The notes under the pieces: model-generated | The model's input: only the letters and a program-made list of their open reading frames with translations | Databases searched by the model: none | Told to the model about the DNA's origin: nothing | Made by a program: the position numbers and the translations under genes | Source of the DNA: the human T2T-CHM13v2.0 reference genome, Homo sapiens | NCBI RefSeq assembly: GCF_009914755.1 | Contig: NC_060937.1 | Strand: one strand, 5' to 3' | Length of the DNA stretch: 64,000 bases | Part shown: one piece after another, positions 28,870-44,010 of the stretch | Position numbering within the stretch: the stretch's first letter is position 1 | How the letters are laid out: each line of letters begins with the position of its first letter

Positions 28870-31189
28870 CATTCGCTTACTATGTTCTTCACAAAGTCCT
28901 ATTGAGTAAGAAATAAGGCAGAACTTATGATGGTGGTCTTTACATGATAAAGTAGGTATTTCAGAAGGCAGCTTGATGTAGGAATATAATCAATAAACTG
29001 GGATCATAAAACCTAAATTGACTAGAACATAATAGGTACCAATTCCTACCTGTAATGGCTGAACAAGTGAGGGCAGGTAGTGTTACTCAATGTCACACAG
29101 CTAGCAAGCGATGAGGAAGAGAATAAAGGCCAGACCTTTTAGTTTCTAAGTTAGGAGCCAACTCACAATACCATTTTGTTTGAAAAATCAATAAATGTCT
29201 TTTAAAGAAAAGAGTCATAGCCTGACCTACTCATTGTATCCTAAATTAGCCAAAAAAAAAAAAAAAGTCCATGGTATTCATTTTCTAGGAATTAGGTCTG
29301 TGGCAACTTTAATTAATGTGAAATGGCACAAAAGATCTTCAAATAGTTTAGTCTACTGTATATATCTTCAGCCATATATCAACACGTGAACATGATAAAA
29401 AGCTCTCCCATTAATTATACTGACTAATTCCTTAATGAAGTGCAAAAACGTTTGCGTAATCTGATTCAATTTATTGAATTAGGTTACAGTTTTATCATTT
29501 TGAAAATCAGCTTCATTGTTTACTTTACAATATGTCAATTCATTTCCAACAATTAAATAGCTCAGCATACAGCCATAATCAATTGAAAGCAATCTCCATT
29601 TTTAAGGTCTACTACCATTTGTAATGTGCATATTTCTGAAAGCAATATGTGATAGTTTGAACATATATTGTAACAGTAGCAATGACATTTTATATCCCTA
29701 AAACTTATTTTGTCCACAAGTCTATAAAGAGAGTTCAGTGTCATTAAGTCCCTAAAAAGTAAACATTTCATAACCAAATTTCAGTGTTATGAAATAATAC
29801 TATTAGCAAAATCTATAGAGTATATGTGAATATGAATAGCTTGACAAACTAAGACTTCCTATACCTAAACTATACATTTTAAAAGTTATTAACTTTATTT
29901 TTAAATCCAATGGAGTTGATTTGAGCAAAGAAAGTTAGCAATGGCATTGAATAAGACTGGGATCAGCCTAATTACAATAATACTTTACCTTTGTCTAGCT
30001 TCATCACTTACAAGATGTTACTATAAATTGTGTCATTTGACATTCATGACAATTAGAGAAGCATAATTTTGATGTAATAAAAAGATTATTTTTACAGGTG
30101 AAAGAAATGAAGAATCAAAAAAATTTGAATGGCTCAATTATTATATATTTTAAAAACCATGTGCCTGAAAGATTCCTATGAATTTTGGCGATTGGCTTCT
30201 CTCTTGGGACTTTACTTTTTAAATCAGAAAGTCAAATCAAAATAATTCTAAGTAAAGTTCAAGGTCTTTCATTTAAATATCTTTAGGGTTTATGTCATTG
30301 TTTTATCATTTCTGATGATGTTTACTGTTTAAAATAATACAGCATATTCATCCTTATTCCAAACCCTATCACAACTTTAAATATTTCTTTATATTATATT
30401 CAATAATTGCCATTTCCTCCTATTGACTAATTTTACAGCTATGGAACCCTTTAGGGTTTCTCATGAAAGAAAGGGAGAGAGGACAAAAGAAAAAATATAT
30501 GTAAAAATCTCTTTCAATTGGAAAAAAAAAAGTATCCGTTAGCTTTACCATAGTCACAGTTTTATTCAGAAGCTAACTATTCCATCCATAAAAAACAGTG
30601 TAGCAAGTACGATTGCTTAAGAATATAAAGCATGCATCTCAAAAGTAATTTTAAGTTACCATACAAAAAAGTAGGAATGAATATATGAACAGGCACCTTT
30701 TAACTAGAAAGACACCATGTCATGTTTGGGAGAAAAATTAAAAGTAAAATAAAATAGAATCCACATATTTCATAATTAGAAGGGAACAAGGTGGTCTTCC
30801 CCAACCTACCTCCCTCTCAATGTAAAATTGCCTTCAAATTTAACTAACAACAGTAATTCTAAAGTGGGAAAATTTACAGCTGATGGTTAGCGAGGGAGAA
30901 TAAGTTTTCAAAAAAATCGTATTGTTTTGTAACATAAACAATATAGCCTATTAAATAAATTGAATAGAAAAACCGTGGCTAACAACTTTTCATCCCAGTT
31001 TTCTCTTGAACATTTCTGTCAGAAGGAAAATTTGAGGTTTTATTAGTAATACATTCCACTTTCTGACAGTTCTCCACACAGCAAGGCTCTTTCTTACGGA
31101 AGCCAATGTAGACTTCTCTGCAATTTATTCTATCAGATTTCTGTCCTCAGAAGTGCACAATATGATTCTATTGTATCATCCACTTTCAG

Positions 31190-31560
31190 ATTATCTGTAA
31201 GCCTTCTTAAGACTAAACATCACCATCATTTCCAAATTGCTATCAGCATGACTGTTCTCTTAATGCTCACAAGTTTGTCAATGTCTTACTAAAAATTGTG
31301 GTGCCATGACTGAACATAATATTCCAGATGCCATCTGAAGTGTAGAGCAAAATAGTACTGTTCTTTCCATTTATCTGGACTTTATATTTCTATCTATTAA
31401 GCTTAGGTTTATATTAGCACTTTCCAAAGTTGTACCATAATGTTCATTTATATGGTTACAGAGCCAAATGAAATTCTTCATCATTTTACATGCAGAATAC
31501 GTTTAAATCAGTTCTTAAGTTAATGAATAAGTAGGATAATAAATGTTTTGGGACACAAAC
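31190..31560 (-). mobile_element. L3/CR1 LINE fragment
   Basis: tgtggtgccatgactgaacataatattccagatg...tagagcaaaatagtactg resembles reverse-strand CR1 ORF2. Confidence 0.5.
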
Positions 31561-32791
31561 TGCAAGGTTTTTTATAAACACTATGATCTTTCTGGCTTTT
31601 GCCAGCTTCTCTAGAAATGTTGTTCCTGCCAACCCTTTCATAGCAATTTTACATCTTTACAAAGGACAGAGTAAAGTTCTGAAACTTATCCCCAAAAAGT
31701 ATGGAAAAAATAAAAAGAAGTTCCAACATTTTATGGTTAAATCTTTAATAACTAACCTACAGCACATCATTAAGGGAAGGAGTTGAAGCTTTGAGGCTAG
31801 CTTCAGAGAGGAAAGCCTATCAAAGGGAAAGGCTAAAATAAATAAATAAACGAAATAAAAATAAAAAAAGTTTATCTTGCTTTGCACTAAAATAAACAAT
31901 ATTTGTATTTCTCGCATTTCTTGGTTAGGAAGGGACGTAAGATACCAGCTGCACCTCCTACTGGTTAAAAAATTATAGCGAGCAATAAAAGACAACATGT
32001 GGCACATCCACAATGTAACCAAGGGATTAGAACACTAAGAATTTCACAAATAAATGGATATCTGTGAAGCTACAAAGCTCCAGGTAATCTATACAATGTC
32101 CACTGTCATAATCAAAAGTTGACTCTGAAAATCTGATTTGCTTTTCTTAATGTAAGTAAACTTCTCTTGTCAAAGGGGGCATCATATTACTAAAAGGAAG
32201 CAAATAATACCTTGCAGTTACTCAATTAAGGACATTAGCAACTTCATTATGGGAAATCTACTGAGACAGAAGTATAAGCAGATTGTAATTCTTAGTGCAG
32301 ACCAGTGTAGGAAAAGAGACTACAGAACTCAATAGAAACCTGGAAGAGAGAAATAAATTAGGGAAGAAAGTATGGTAATTTTCTTCTAAATTAAGTAGAT
32401 GAGAGGACTGTCCAGAAGTCTAGTAATATGTGGTTATTTAATTAAGTCTAAAAATAATAGATCATTGCTCTAAGAGATAAGAAAGAAATGATTTTTATGA
32501 ATATCTATGCTAGTAACAGACCCAGGGTATATTGTGATTTAACAGAAGTACTCTGTTTTAACATGTTACATAGGAAAAAGAAGTAAATATATTTCTTCTG
32601 TAGTTCATCATAACAAGAGCTATATTTACATTCAGTTAACTTAAGAAATATATTTTATTTATATGTATTAAATTATATATCAAGATACTGGAGGTACAAT
32701 GAAAATTCTAATCTTAAAGGATTATATAATATAGTACAAATGTAGTTATATATACCTGTATATGCAGGAATTGTAAAGAGTAATATGTTCC

Positions 32792-32994
32792 CATGGACAC
32801 GGGGTGGGTGGGGGACACCACACACCGGTGCCTGTTGGGGGGTGTGGGGCTGGGGGAGAGAATGCATTAGGAGAAATACCTAATGTAGATGACAGGTTAA
32901 TGGGTGCAGCAAACCACCATGGCACGTGTATACCTATGTAACAAACCGGCACGTTCTGCACATGTACCCCAGAACTTAAAGTATAATAATAAAA
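32792..32994 (+). mobile_element. 5'-truncated L1PA (L1PA7/8-like) 3' end
   Basis: G-rich 3'UTR, gcagcaaaccaccatggcacgtgtatacctatgtaac, A-tail; 17-bp TSD AAAGAGTAATATGTTCC at 32775 and 32995. Confidence 0.92.
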
Positions 32995-33470
32995 AAAGAG
33001 TAATATGTTCCATGCTACTATGTTATTTCTATAAATATCACTTCTCTAGAGCATCAATTTAGAGATTTAAATTCCATCAATTGATGATTATGCTTAAATG
33101 TAACCATCATAACCTATAAACAAACAAATAATGCCTTCCATACACTTAGTATACTTCCATTAGGCTCTACACGCTGCATCTTTAATCTGGAGCCTAACTG
33201 TGCTTAATGGGATTTTAGAAGCTACATTAACACACCAGTGTTTAAATTTGTAATTGTAAGGCATAATAATTTCTCTCAGAAATCCTTTACTAAACATTTA
33301 TTAGCCATATTCATTGAACAAATATTTAGTTTGAATATCTGCTCTGTGCCAGGCAATATTCTACACACCAGTGATACCAAAGTGAATAAAATAGGCCAAA
33401 ATCTTCTGTGTGCATATCTACCATACCCCACCTGGACTTCTCATAATACTTAGCCTAGTGACTTGCTGGA

Positions 33471-33663
33471 TGTCGTAGGCTGCCAATGGCCTCCAAAATT
33501 AAGCCCATGTCCTAATCCAGGAAATGTGTGAATGCTACTTTATATATTTAAAAAAATTATTTGTAGATGTGATTATATTAAGGATCTTAAGACAGATTAT
33601 CCTGTATTATCTAATGTAGCCTAAATACAATCACAAGTGTCCTTAAAAGAGAGTCAGAGGGAG

Positions 33664-33708
<45 letters not shown>

Positions 33709-33967
33709 AGGCGACATTACCACAGAGTCAGAAATTGGAGCCAGGCAGCCACAAAACCAAGAAATGCCTGCAGCTCCCAGAAGCTCAAAGAGGAAAGGAC
33801 TGGATTCTCCCCTAGAGCCTCCAGAGGGGGTACCCTGCTGACACCATGATTTCAGCCCAGTGATGCTGATTTTGGACTCGCAACCTCCATAACTCTGCAA
33901 GTATAAATTGTGGTTTTGCCACTAAGCTTGTGGTAATTTGTTACGGCAGGCACAGGAAACTAATAGA
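33471..33967 (+). mobile_element. MLT1C-like MaLR solo LTR with an internal (CA)n repeat
   Basis: TGT...aatggcctcc start, ggattctcccctagagcctccagagg, gtggtaatttgttacggcag...ggaaactaata end. Confidence 0.8.
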
Positions 33968-34206
33968 GTGCTCCATTCAAGTTTGAAAACTAAATAAATT
34001 GCATGATGAAGTCTAAAGTTTAGGTGGGCCTTACAAAAAGGAAAAAAAAAAGAAGACATACCCTTTAATTTTTCTCTTCAAGAAAAGTACAAAGGGAACA
34101 TGTACTAAGTAGTTATAGGTTAAATGTGCTATCCTCAACAAAATGTCTAGTATCAAACCTCTCAAATATTTCCTAGATATATAAATATATGAAAACACAT
34201 ACAAAC

Positions 34207-35254
<1,048 letters not shown>

Positions 35255-35342
35255 TACAAACATTGTATAAACATCAAGTGTTTAAATAGTAAATATGAGA
35301 TTTATTCTTTGGGTAAGGCATACAGTAGATTGTTATGTTTAA

Positions 35343-35843
<501 letters not shown>

Positions 35844-36946
35844 TAATATTACAAAAGAGGTTGTTTAGATATTGTTGCTGTTTACTATTTAGTAGAAAAA
35901 AAGAAAATTAAATTTGAAATATGTTTATGAATTCACTACATGAGAACATTTTTCTCTAAATTTTTTTAAAGATAAGAATGTTTCAATGGGATTAATTCTA
36001 GATTAATATTGCCCCGGTCCAGTATTTTTTCCAAAACGATAAATTTGCAAGTTATAAATTCTTACCTTTTAAGCATAAGGTATGTGTGTAGAATTGCTTT
36101 CTTTACCTGAATACGTATTAGTTATATGTCTACAAGATCACAGTGAGGGAAAAGACATATCCAACAGACAAAACTACAAATCATTCATTCATTTAATTTG
36201 AGTGTATTTTTAAGATACTAAATAATTTTTATATGTCAAAGGCAAATACTGAGGACTCAATTAATTCTTAGTATTTTTATGAAAATTGTATTTCAAAATT
36301 AATTTGCATACTGACTTAAAGATGAAATCAGAAAGTTGGCAAATACACTATCCAAATTGCATTCCTGGACAAGAGGGGAGTATTTTGAATTCCTAAATAA
36401 CCCCTTTCTTAATTTTAAATAGACGTCATCTTATAAAAAGTATGAATGTTATTGGAAGTCTGTTGCTAGGATGAATTATTTCAAACTGGTAGTTATTATC
36501 AAAAATGATTTATGACAAGTGCTCAGTCAAAATAAATGCAGTGACCACAGCAGGAGGTATTGCCTTGTGTGACTCTACAAAGAACTTTCTTTCTTTCATT
36601 AACTTCAACTTCTGGTTGCTATGGCATCCGGTGACAACCATAACTTTTAGAAATTATCACCATCTGCCCACACCCCTTCTAAGGTTACACACAAGCCCAC
36701 TCAAGCAGCCAAAATAACACATAAAAATTCCACAAGCAATCTCAAAGTTTGTTGTTTTGTTTTGTATTTGTTTTTGTTTTTGTTTCAAGTATAGATACCT
36801 AAATACTTAATATTAAGACTGGGAAAATACATTTTTTTTAAAAAAAGTCTTTTTTTTCCTAAGAAAACAAATGCATCCAGGGAAAACTATTATTTAACTC
36901 CAATGTTCAATTCTTGAAAAGAAACAATAAAAGTGATTAGGACTGA

Positions 36947-37270
<324 letters not shown>

Positions 37271-37837
37271 CGATCAATAGGTATTTATAAATTTGTCTAA
37301 ATTAATCCATTTTCTTTTCACAGGACAAAGTTAGGCAACCTTGAAGATATATTTACATCTTTTTATCGTTTTCAAATGTTACTTCTCAGAATACAAAAGT
37401 ACATAAATAAAGTCCTGCAAATTTAAAAGTCTATATGATCATATTTAGTCATATTCCCCAAATACACTAAAGCATTCGGTAGACTGTTGTGGGAGAAAGA
37501 TGTTATATACTTCTTGAGAATTATAAAATGTATTTAGGATCATTAGATTTCCAGTTAATGTTTTAAGACAGTAAAGATATGTTCCCCAGTATATGAAGGC
37601 ATTACTCTGTATTCCCTAAAATCTAAACTTCTGCATCTAGAAAAATTTTACATAAAAAGAGAAATCATACTGAATATATGAAGGTAACGCCATTCATGTG
37701 CAATAGTCAAACTTCTGGCAACCTAAAATCTTTGGACTAATGTTTGAAAGTTGAAAGTAAGCAAAATAGTAGTGAGCTGGCTCACACACCCTGTTCTAAA
37801 GCAGTTTGCTGAGGTCTACAGGGCACTAAACTAACTC

Positions 37838-38211
37838 GCTCCCTGCCTCCCTCCCTCCCTCCCTTCTTCCTTCCTTCCTTCTTTTTTTCTTCCTTTCTCT
37901 CTCTTTCCTTCTTTCTTTTTTTTCTTTCAGACAGGGTCTCTTTCTGTTGCCCAGGCTTGAATGCAGTGGTACAATCATAGCTCACCACAAACCTGGATCT
38001 CCCAGGTTCAAGTGATCCTCCTGCCTCAACCACCCCAGTAGCTGGGACTACAGGCACAGGCCACCACACACAGCCAAATTGTTTTGATTTTTGGTAGAGA
38101 CTAAACCTTGCTATGTTGCCCAGGCTGGTCTGGAACTCCTAGCTTCAAGCAATCCTCCTGCCTCAGGCTCTCCAAGTGCTGGGATTGTAGGCCTGAACCC
38201 CGGGCCCAGCC
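37838..38211 (-). mobile_element. AluJ with a CT-rich (CCTT/CCCT) degenerate tail
   Basis: Reverse Alu with J-type diagnostic positions. Confidence 0.88.
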
Positions 38212-38955
38212 TAACATCCCCTTTCTAATCCAGTTTATGCTCCTAATGAGCCTCCATTTCCTCATTCTTCTTTAGAACATGGCTGTTTAAGGTCTTTTTT
38301 CGATATAATGCTTAGCTTGACAGAAGTCCTGGTTTCTGGGTTCAAAACATATAGGAAAGAACAAAAGTAGAATGTCTGAGAAGGCACAGTGATTGAAATA
38401 CAGAAAATGATCGTACTTTAAAAATGAAAGACCAAATTTAAAGTATCTTCGGTGTCTCTGTTCACCAAGCCGGCAAGTGCATAATACATTTCAGAAAGAG
38501 TTCTTTCAAAAAATAATTTAATATTTTGAGTTGGGACTTTGGAATATGACCTTCCTTTATTTAGAAACTCCACTTACTTACCCGAAAGTTACTTGATGGT
38601 GTTAATTATGTGAGGTGTTGCTATTTACATTTTCATGGTATCATCTTATTTAATCATTACTTTGGTAATGAACTATGTATCATCTTCATCTTAAAAGATT
38701 AAATATGGGCAGACAAATCTTCCCTATTATAATATGAATACAATCTAGGATACATTTTTTCTCTTATAACTGTGAGAAAGTAACAATTCAGAGTCAACAC
38801 AAGTTTACTAAATACAGAAAAAATGATTATTAAAATGGTTATTTAAAAAAAAAACATCAGAAACATGGTTCATTGAGAGATTAATTATGTCACAAAGACT
38901 CTGAGGTCTTTTTTATTTCACACTTGAGTCTTTCAGCTATAAAACATGAAAAGTT

Positions 38956-39213
38956 GGCCAGGCGCAGTGGCTCACGCCTATAATCCCAGCACTTTGGGAG
39001 GCCGAGGCGGATGGATCATGAGGTCAGGAGATCGAGACCATCCTGGCCAACATGGTGAAACTCCGTCTCTACTAAAATACAAAAAAAATTCGGGCGTAGT
39101 GGCACATGCCCGTGATCCCACCTACTCCAGAGGCTAAGGCAGCCAAGATCGCGCCACTGCACTCCAGCCTGGTGACAGAGCGAGACTCCGTCTCAAAAAA
39201 AAAAAAAAAAAAA
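38956..39213 (+). mobile_element. Alu (Sc-like) with a right-arm internal deletion
   Basis: ggctaaggcag joins directly to ccaagatcgcgcc. Confidence 0.9.
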
Positions 39214-39572
39214 CGGAAAAGAGAAGTTAAGATTTTCATATGTAGTATAAAAGATTTTCCTATGTAATTCCCAAGTCCCAAATTTTCTAAACAGAAATCT
39301 TTATCATTCAGTTAAACATAAATGAGCAAGGATTAACAACGTACTACCTATTTGATTTTTCCAAATCTCAAATTGGAATTAGAATATCAGGCAGTAGGAT
39401 TCAGTTACTTGAAAAACATGATTAAATAAAGTAAAATGACGATAGTTGCCTTGAAATTGGGCAGTTTTCAGCTATTGATTTCATTTTTCTATATCTCAAT
39501 TTTTCATGCATGAAATTAGTATAAAAATATTTTCATGGAATTTTCAATTATTTACTATTAAAAACCTTTGGT

Positions 39573-39888
39573 GGCTGGGTATGGTGGCTCATGCCCGTAA
39601 TCCAGGAACTTTGGAAGGCCAAGGCAGATGGGTCACTTGAGTCCAAGTGTTCAAGACCAGACAGGGCAACATGAAGAAACCCCATCTCTAGAAAAAAAAT
39701 ACAAAAATTAGCCAGGCATGGTGGCCTGTGCCTGTAGTTATAGCTACTCAGAAGGCTGAGGTGGGAGGATCTCTTGAGCTCAGGAGGTCCAGGCTGCAGT
39801 GAGCCACGACTGAGCGACTGCATTACAGCCCAGGTAATAGAGGGAGACTCTTTGTCTTAAAAACAAAAATTAAAATTAAAATTAAAAT
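39573..39888 (+). mobile_element. AluJ
   Basis: Consensus Alu with an (AAAATT)n tail. Confidence 0.9.
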
Positions 39889-40669
39889 TATTGAGGCCTT
39901 GCTGAAAAAAATATTAAATATATAAAATGAACAAATAGCCGAAATAGCTACAAATTAAACTCAATGATTTTTGTTAAATATCCACAAAGGTGAATGAACT
40001 GTTTAGACATTACTGCAAAAATGAAGATGAGTTAGAGACAGTCATTGATGTCAAGAAACTTCCACCCAATTATGACATATGAAATAAGATTAATCCATGA
40101 TTATATCAGAGCACACAGAAAGACAAATGTTACAAAGAAAAATACAATACTGATACAGGAATTTAGAGAAAAAAGAAAAACTCTCATCTTGCCTGATTAC
40201 CTTTCTTGTATCAGCTGTATTATAATACATGACATTTATATGTTCCTATGTATATTTCCTTAATAGACATATGATAAAGAAAAAACATTAATATAAATAT
40301 TCTATATTATATAATAATATCAGCAATATTTCAATTTGCTCATGGATCTGGCTCATTTCCTGATGAAACAATAAAGATGGGCAAACATATGTTTATGTAA
40401 ATAATCTAATTAATGAACCCATTCAGGGGGTAGAAATCAAACGAATTAATTTTGCTCCAGTGCATTATGAAATTTCTTTATGGTATGGAGCTTATGAAGT
40501 CAAGACTATTCTTTTACTTATACATTTTCAAAATTCTAGAAATAAACATCTTTCAAATGGGTTCTAATAGAAACGTATTAGTTTGTGAAAAATTACGAGA
40601 CATTTCTATTCAATACAGTTACTGTCTTTTGTTTGGATGCATGTCTATCAATTTCTGGAATGCTAAACA

Positions 40670-40850
40670 AGTTTAAAATCCAAAGACTTGGGTTTGAATA
40701 ACCACTGACAGCTACAGCTGAGTGACCTTGAGAAAGTCACTGATTTTCTCTGAACTTTGATTCCTTAATAAGAAAATAGGAATAATAATTTGATGTTTGA
40801 TATTTGTGGTAGGATTAATTAAAATAATTTCTAGCACTGTGCTCAGTTCA
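40670..40850 (+). mobile_element. MIR fragment
   Basis: gggtttgaat...gtgaccttgagaaagtcact...ctctgaacttt MIR core. Confidence 0.6.
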
Positions 40851-41047
40851 GCTTTTATTTTATTTTAAATAAAGAAAAGATGGTAATCATAATGCAGTTT
40901 TGAAATAAATTATCTCAGTAACATTATCTTAGTGTGCACAAAATATAATTGATGTGTGTAAATATCGATGTCACCACAGATATATATAAAAGCTACGACA
41001 TTGGCTGATTTTTAATATTTTTTGGCATAAGTGAGTAGCAGTCTTAC

Positions 41048-41163
41048 CTGTTGGTGGAATTATCCCAGGAGACATGAGACCAGGGACAGAATGCGGCATG
41101 ATGTGAGAGTTCTCTGGGGAGGTGACACTTTGAGTCCTCTTAGGAGGCCTTCCAGGTCTAGAA
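41048..41163 (-). CDS. DACH1: DACH1 internal coding exon (probably exon 2), 116 bp, phase 2 to phase 1
   Basis: Minus strand: acceptor tttgtttgtttcAG|TTCTAGACCTGGAAGG, donor CCAACAG|GTAAGAC. It encodes (S)SRPGRPPKRTQSVTSPENSHIMPHSVPGLMSPGIIPPT(G), which follows the DACHbox-N/SKI-SNO-DAC domain of DACH1. Length 1+38x3+1=116. Confidence 0.96.
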
Positions 41164-41229
41164 CTGAAACAAACAAACAAAAAATTTTTACAATTAAGCT
41201 ATTGTCTTACACATCATTTCAAAGTTGTT

Positions 41230-41560
41230 TCAAGTGGTAACATGGACTGTAAATAAATTTGTTTCAAGGACGGTTGCTTTTGCAGTTAGATGTAATAGAC
41301 TTCCATCACTAATTAGATTACATGCTGAATTCATTTTCCTCATTGAAGATCAGCCACTCCTGATGCATAATTCATAGCCTGCACCTCGTTACCTGCTTCT
41401 TCATATTAATATCTATACACAGTTTGAATTGCCTCGTTTGCATATGCTAAAGTTCTGCATGCAGCCTTCAGCACGAAAATTATGCACTAACTTGTAATAA
41501 TTATTACAGTCAGCCTGCCATTGATTTATGAGAGTTTTAAAAACCAAATATGTGTAGTAC
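41230..41560. promoter_or_regulatory. Candidate highly conserved intronic enhancer next to the DACH1 exon
   Basis: Repeat-free block with CTAATTAG (41309), ATGCATAATTCAT (41363), TTTGCATATGCTAA (41437), the palindrome TGTAATAATTATTACA (41493-41508) and PBX-HOX-like TGATTTATG (41522). Conservation is inferred, not computed. Confidence 0.6.
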
Positions 41561-42999
41561 TTGTAATGAATGATATTTTAAGGTTCTTCAGGAAATTAAA
41601 AGGCAATGGCTGCCTAAGGAAATGTTCTGCTTGTTTGATTTAATACTACAGTTAGCTGGGAGGTGGAATGAAAGAGTGATTCAGACCTATAGCACATTTT
41701 TCGATGATATGTTTTATTACTTCGCACTGCTAGCCTGATATCTAGATGATAAATGACAATACATATCTAATGTGTGAAAAGGTCTTGCAATTTCTTTATT
41801 TTTTGTCATTTAAAAGATAAGTCAAGTTATCATTTAACCCTTATTCTATTTAAGTGAACATCCCCCACTAAGTTCCCTTACTTTTAATATACTAAAATAT
41901 ACTTGAAAGGCTTAGGATTATTTGTAGGGTATCATTAAGGAACTGCCAGTGTAGCATCTCATATGTACCTTTAGGATAAATAAAAATACCTTGTGTTTTA
42001 GCAGTACTGTACTTTACATGCCTATTGCACAAGATTAATTATTACAGTTATAAGCAGAGGTAGAGACAGCTATTGGCAATCATTAATGGAAAACAACCTA
42101 AAGTATATAATATTACAATTTTTGAAAACAAAGTTTTAGCATTGTGTTTTCACTTTCTGCCTCTGTATCATAAATGTGCTTTATGAAATGCTCTCCCATC
42201 ATTTATTTGGCCAAAACGTGCCTAGATATTTCAAAACTAACAGATATAACCTCATAAATAAGCATTTTCATGTTTTGCCTTGGCTGAGATCCCTAGACTT
42301 ATCAGAAGATTCAAAGATGTTATCTATTTAATTTAGGTAGGTAATGTTTGTGGTCATTGAGCAAATAATTATTAAGTACCTGCTGTTTTCAAAGAGGTGC
42401 ACTATGGAGGCTAATTTAGGAGAACGGGTTCTTAGACTTCAGAAGTTTGTATTCTTGCCAAAGGGGAAGAATCTGGTGCATAAACAACTATGATGCAAAT
42501 TGTAAAGTGCTAAATCCCATAAGAAAGTTGCAATCTGAATACTAATTGGAAGTTAGGATGGATGATGATACTACCATGTCATAGGAAGGAAGAAGGCAGC
42601 GGGAACATTAGAAGACAATTCTGAAGAAGAATTAACCATGGAGAAGAAAAGAATAAAAGAAAATTACACTCCAGTGAGAATGTGAGAAATAAATGAAACC
42701 ATGAAAAATGTATGGATATACAGGATTGTTTCAAATGAGCTGAAACAAGTCAAATAGGAAGAGGAGCAGTGATTGAGACTTTCAGAGTTATTGCCTAGGG
42801 CTAGATCCTGGAGGATGTTGGAAAACGAGCAAGACTGTTTGCTTGTCTTTGTGTTTTCTTAACCCATAGGGATATTGTCGTGCTTATTGTTCTTGAAGTA
42901 TCCCTCAAGCTACTTCCTCTTATTATTACTTTCTCATGATTGCTGCTCATTCTCAGTTGGCTTTTTAACTCTTGTTTAGTTGTCTGTGGTCAATCAACA

Positions 43000-44010
43000 G
43001 CCCTCTGATAGTATCCATTTTCCTTGAGTGATCTCTTCTATTAGCATCACTTAGATGCTAAGGGCTAAGGGCTAAATATATATCTATAGCCCATATCTTT
43101 CTCCTGGGATTCAGACAGATGAATGCTTATGTGCTGGAAATCTCTGCTCGGATGTTCTATAATAATCTAAGACTCAGCTTGTCTAAATCTGAACTCAGCA
43201 TCTATCCCATTAATACCTATTTTGCTTTCCCCTGGTTCAGCGAAATGGAATCCAACCGACTAAGCCAAAAATCCAGGAGTCACTTGTGTCTTTTCCTTCT
43301 TTTATATACTCAAATATTATCTTTCTGAGGTTACCTTTCTAATCTATTTTCTCTTCTATATCCCCACTCCTACCTTCCAGATCAATCCCTCATTTCTTGA
43401 TACATGGTTACAGCTTTCCAAACTCTTCCAAGACACACATTCAATTTTGTCCCACTCCAGAGTCTAGAGTCCAGAGTCTAAACAACTCTCCATGCTAATT
43501 CCAGAAGGATTTTTATAAAATGCAAATTTGACCTTGCTTTCCATTTGCTTAAAGATATCAGTGGTTCCCTACTGGATTCACAATCCTTGAAATGGCATCA
43601 AAGCCATTTCAATATTTGGTCCCTGACGGCTTTTCCAATTTCAACACTTTATTCCTACATTCATAGCTTATATTTGGCCCTACTCAGTTTCTTAACAGTT
43701 TCCTGAGTGGCTCTGGTCTCCTATTACACTGTCTTTAAAGATGCTGCCTCCTTTGCCATCAAAGCCCTTTTCTATGCCAACCAATCCTCATTCCTGTTTT
43801 ATCTGACTAAACCTGCCTAAACTTTAATCATCCTTCTTACCAACCACTTCTAGTTAGTATTTTTTCTGTGCTCTACGATAGAGCATGGGGAACCTATAAT
43901 TCTTCCTGCACTGATTGCAATAATCGGATTATTTGCTTATCTCCCAAGGCTACTTGACAGAAATTGCACAAAATATATCTGTGTGTCCTTAAAATGTAGC
44001 TCAGTGTCTG
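43000..44010 (+). mobile_element. L2 fragment (~1 kb)
   Basis: atctatagccca...ctcagcttgtctaaatctgaactc...taaaatgcaaatttgacc, typical of L2. Confidence 0.65.

Noticed and set aside
41385-41460. Possible poison exon in the conserved block (minus-strand CAG|GTAACG donor near 41391)
   Set aside because: No convincing upstream polypyrimidine tract and AG acceptor.
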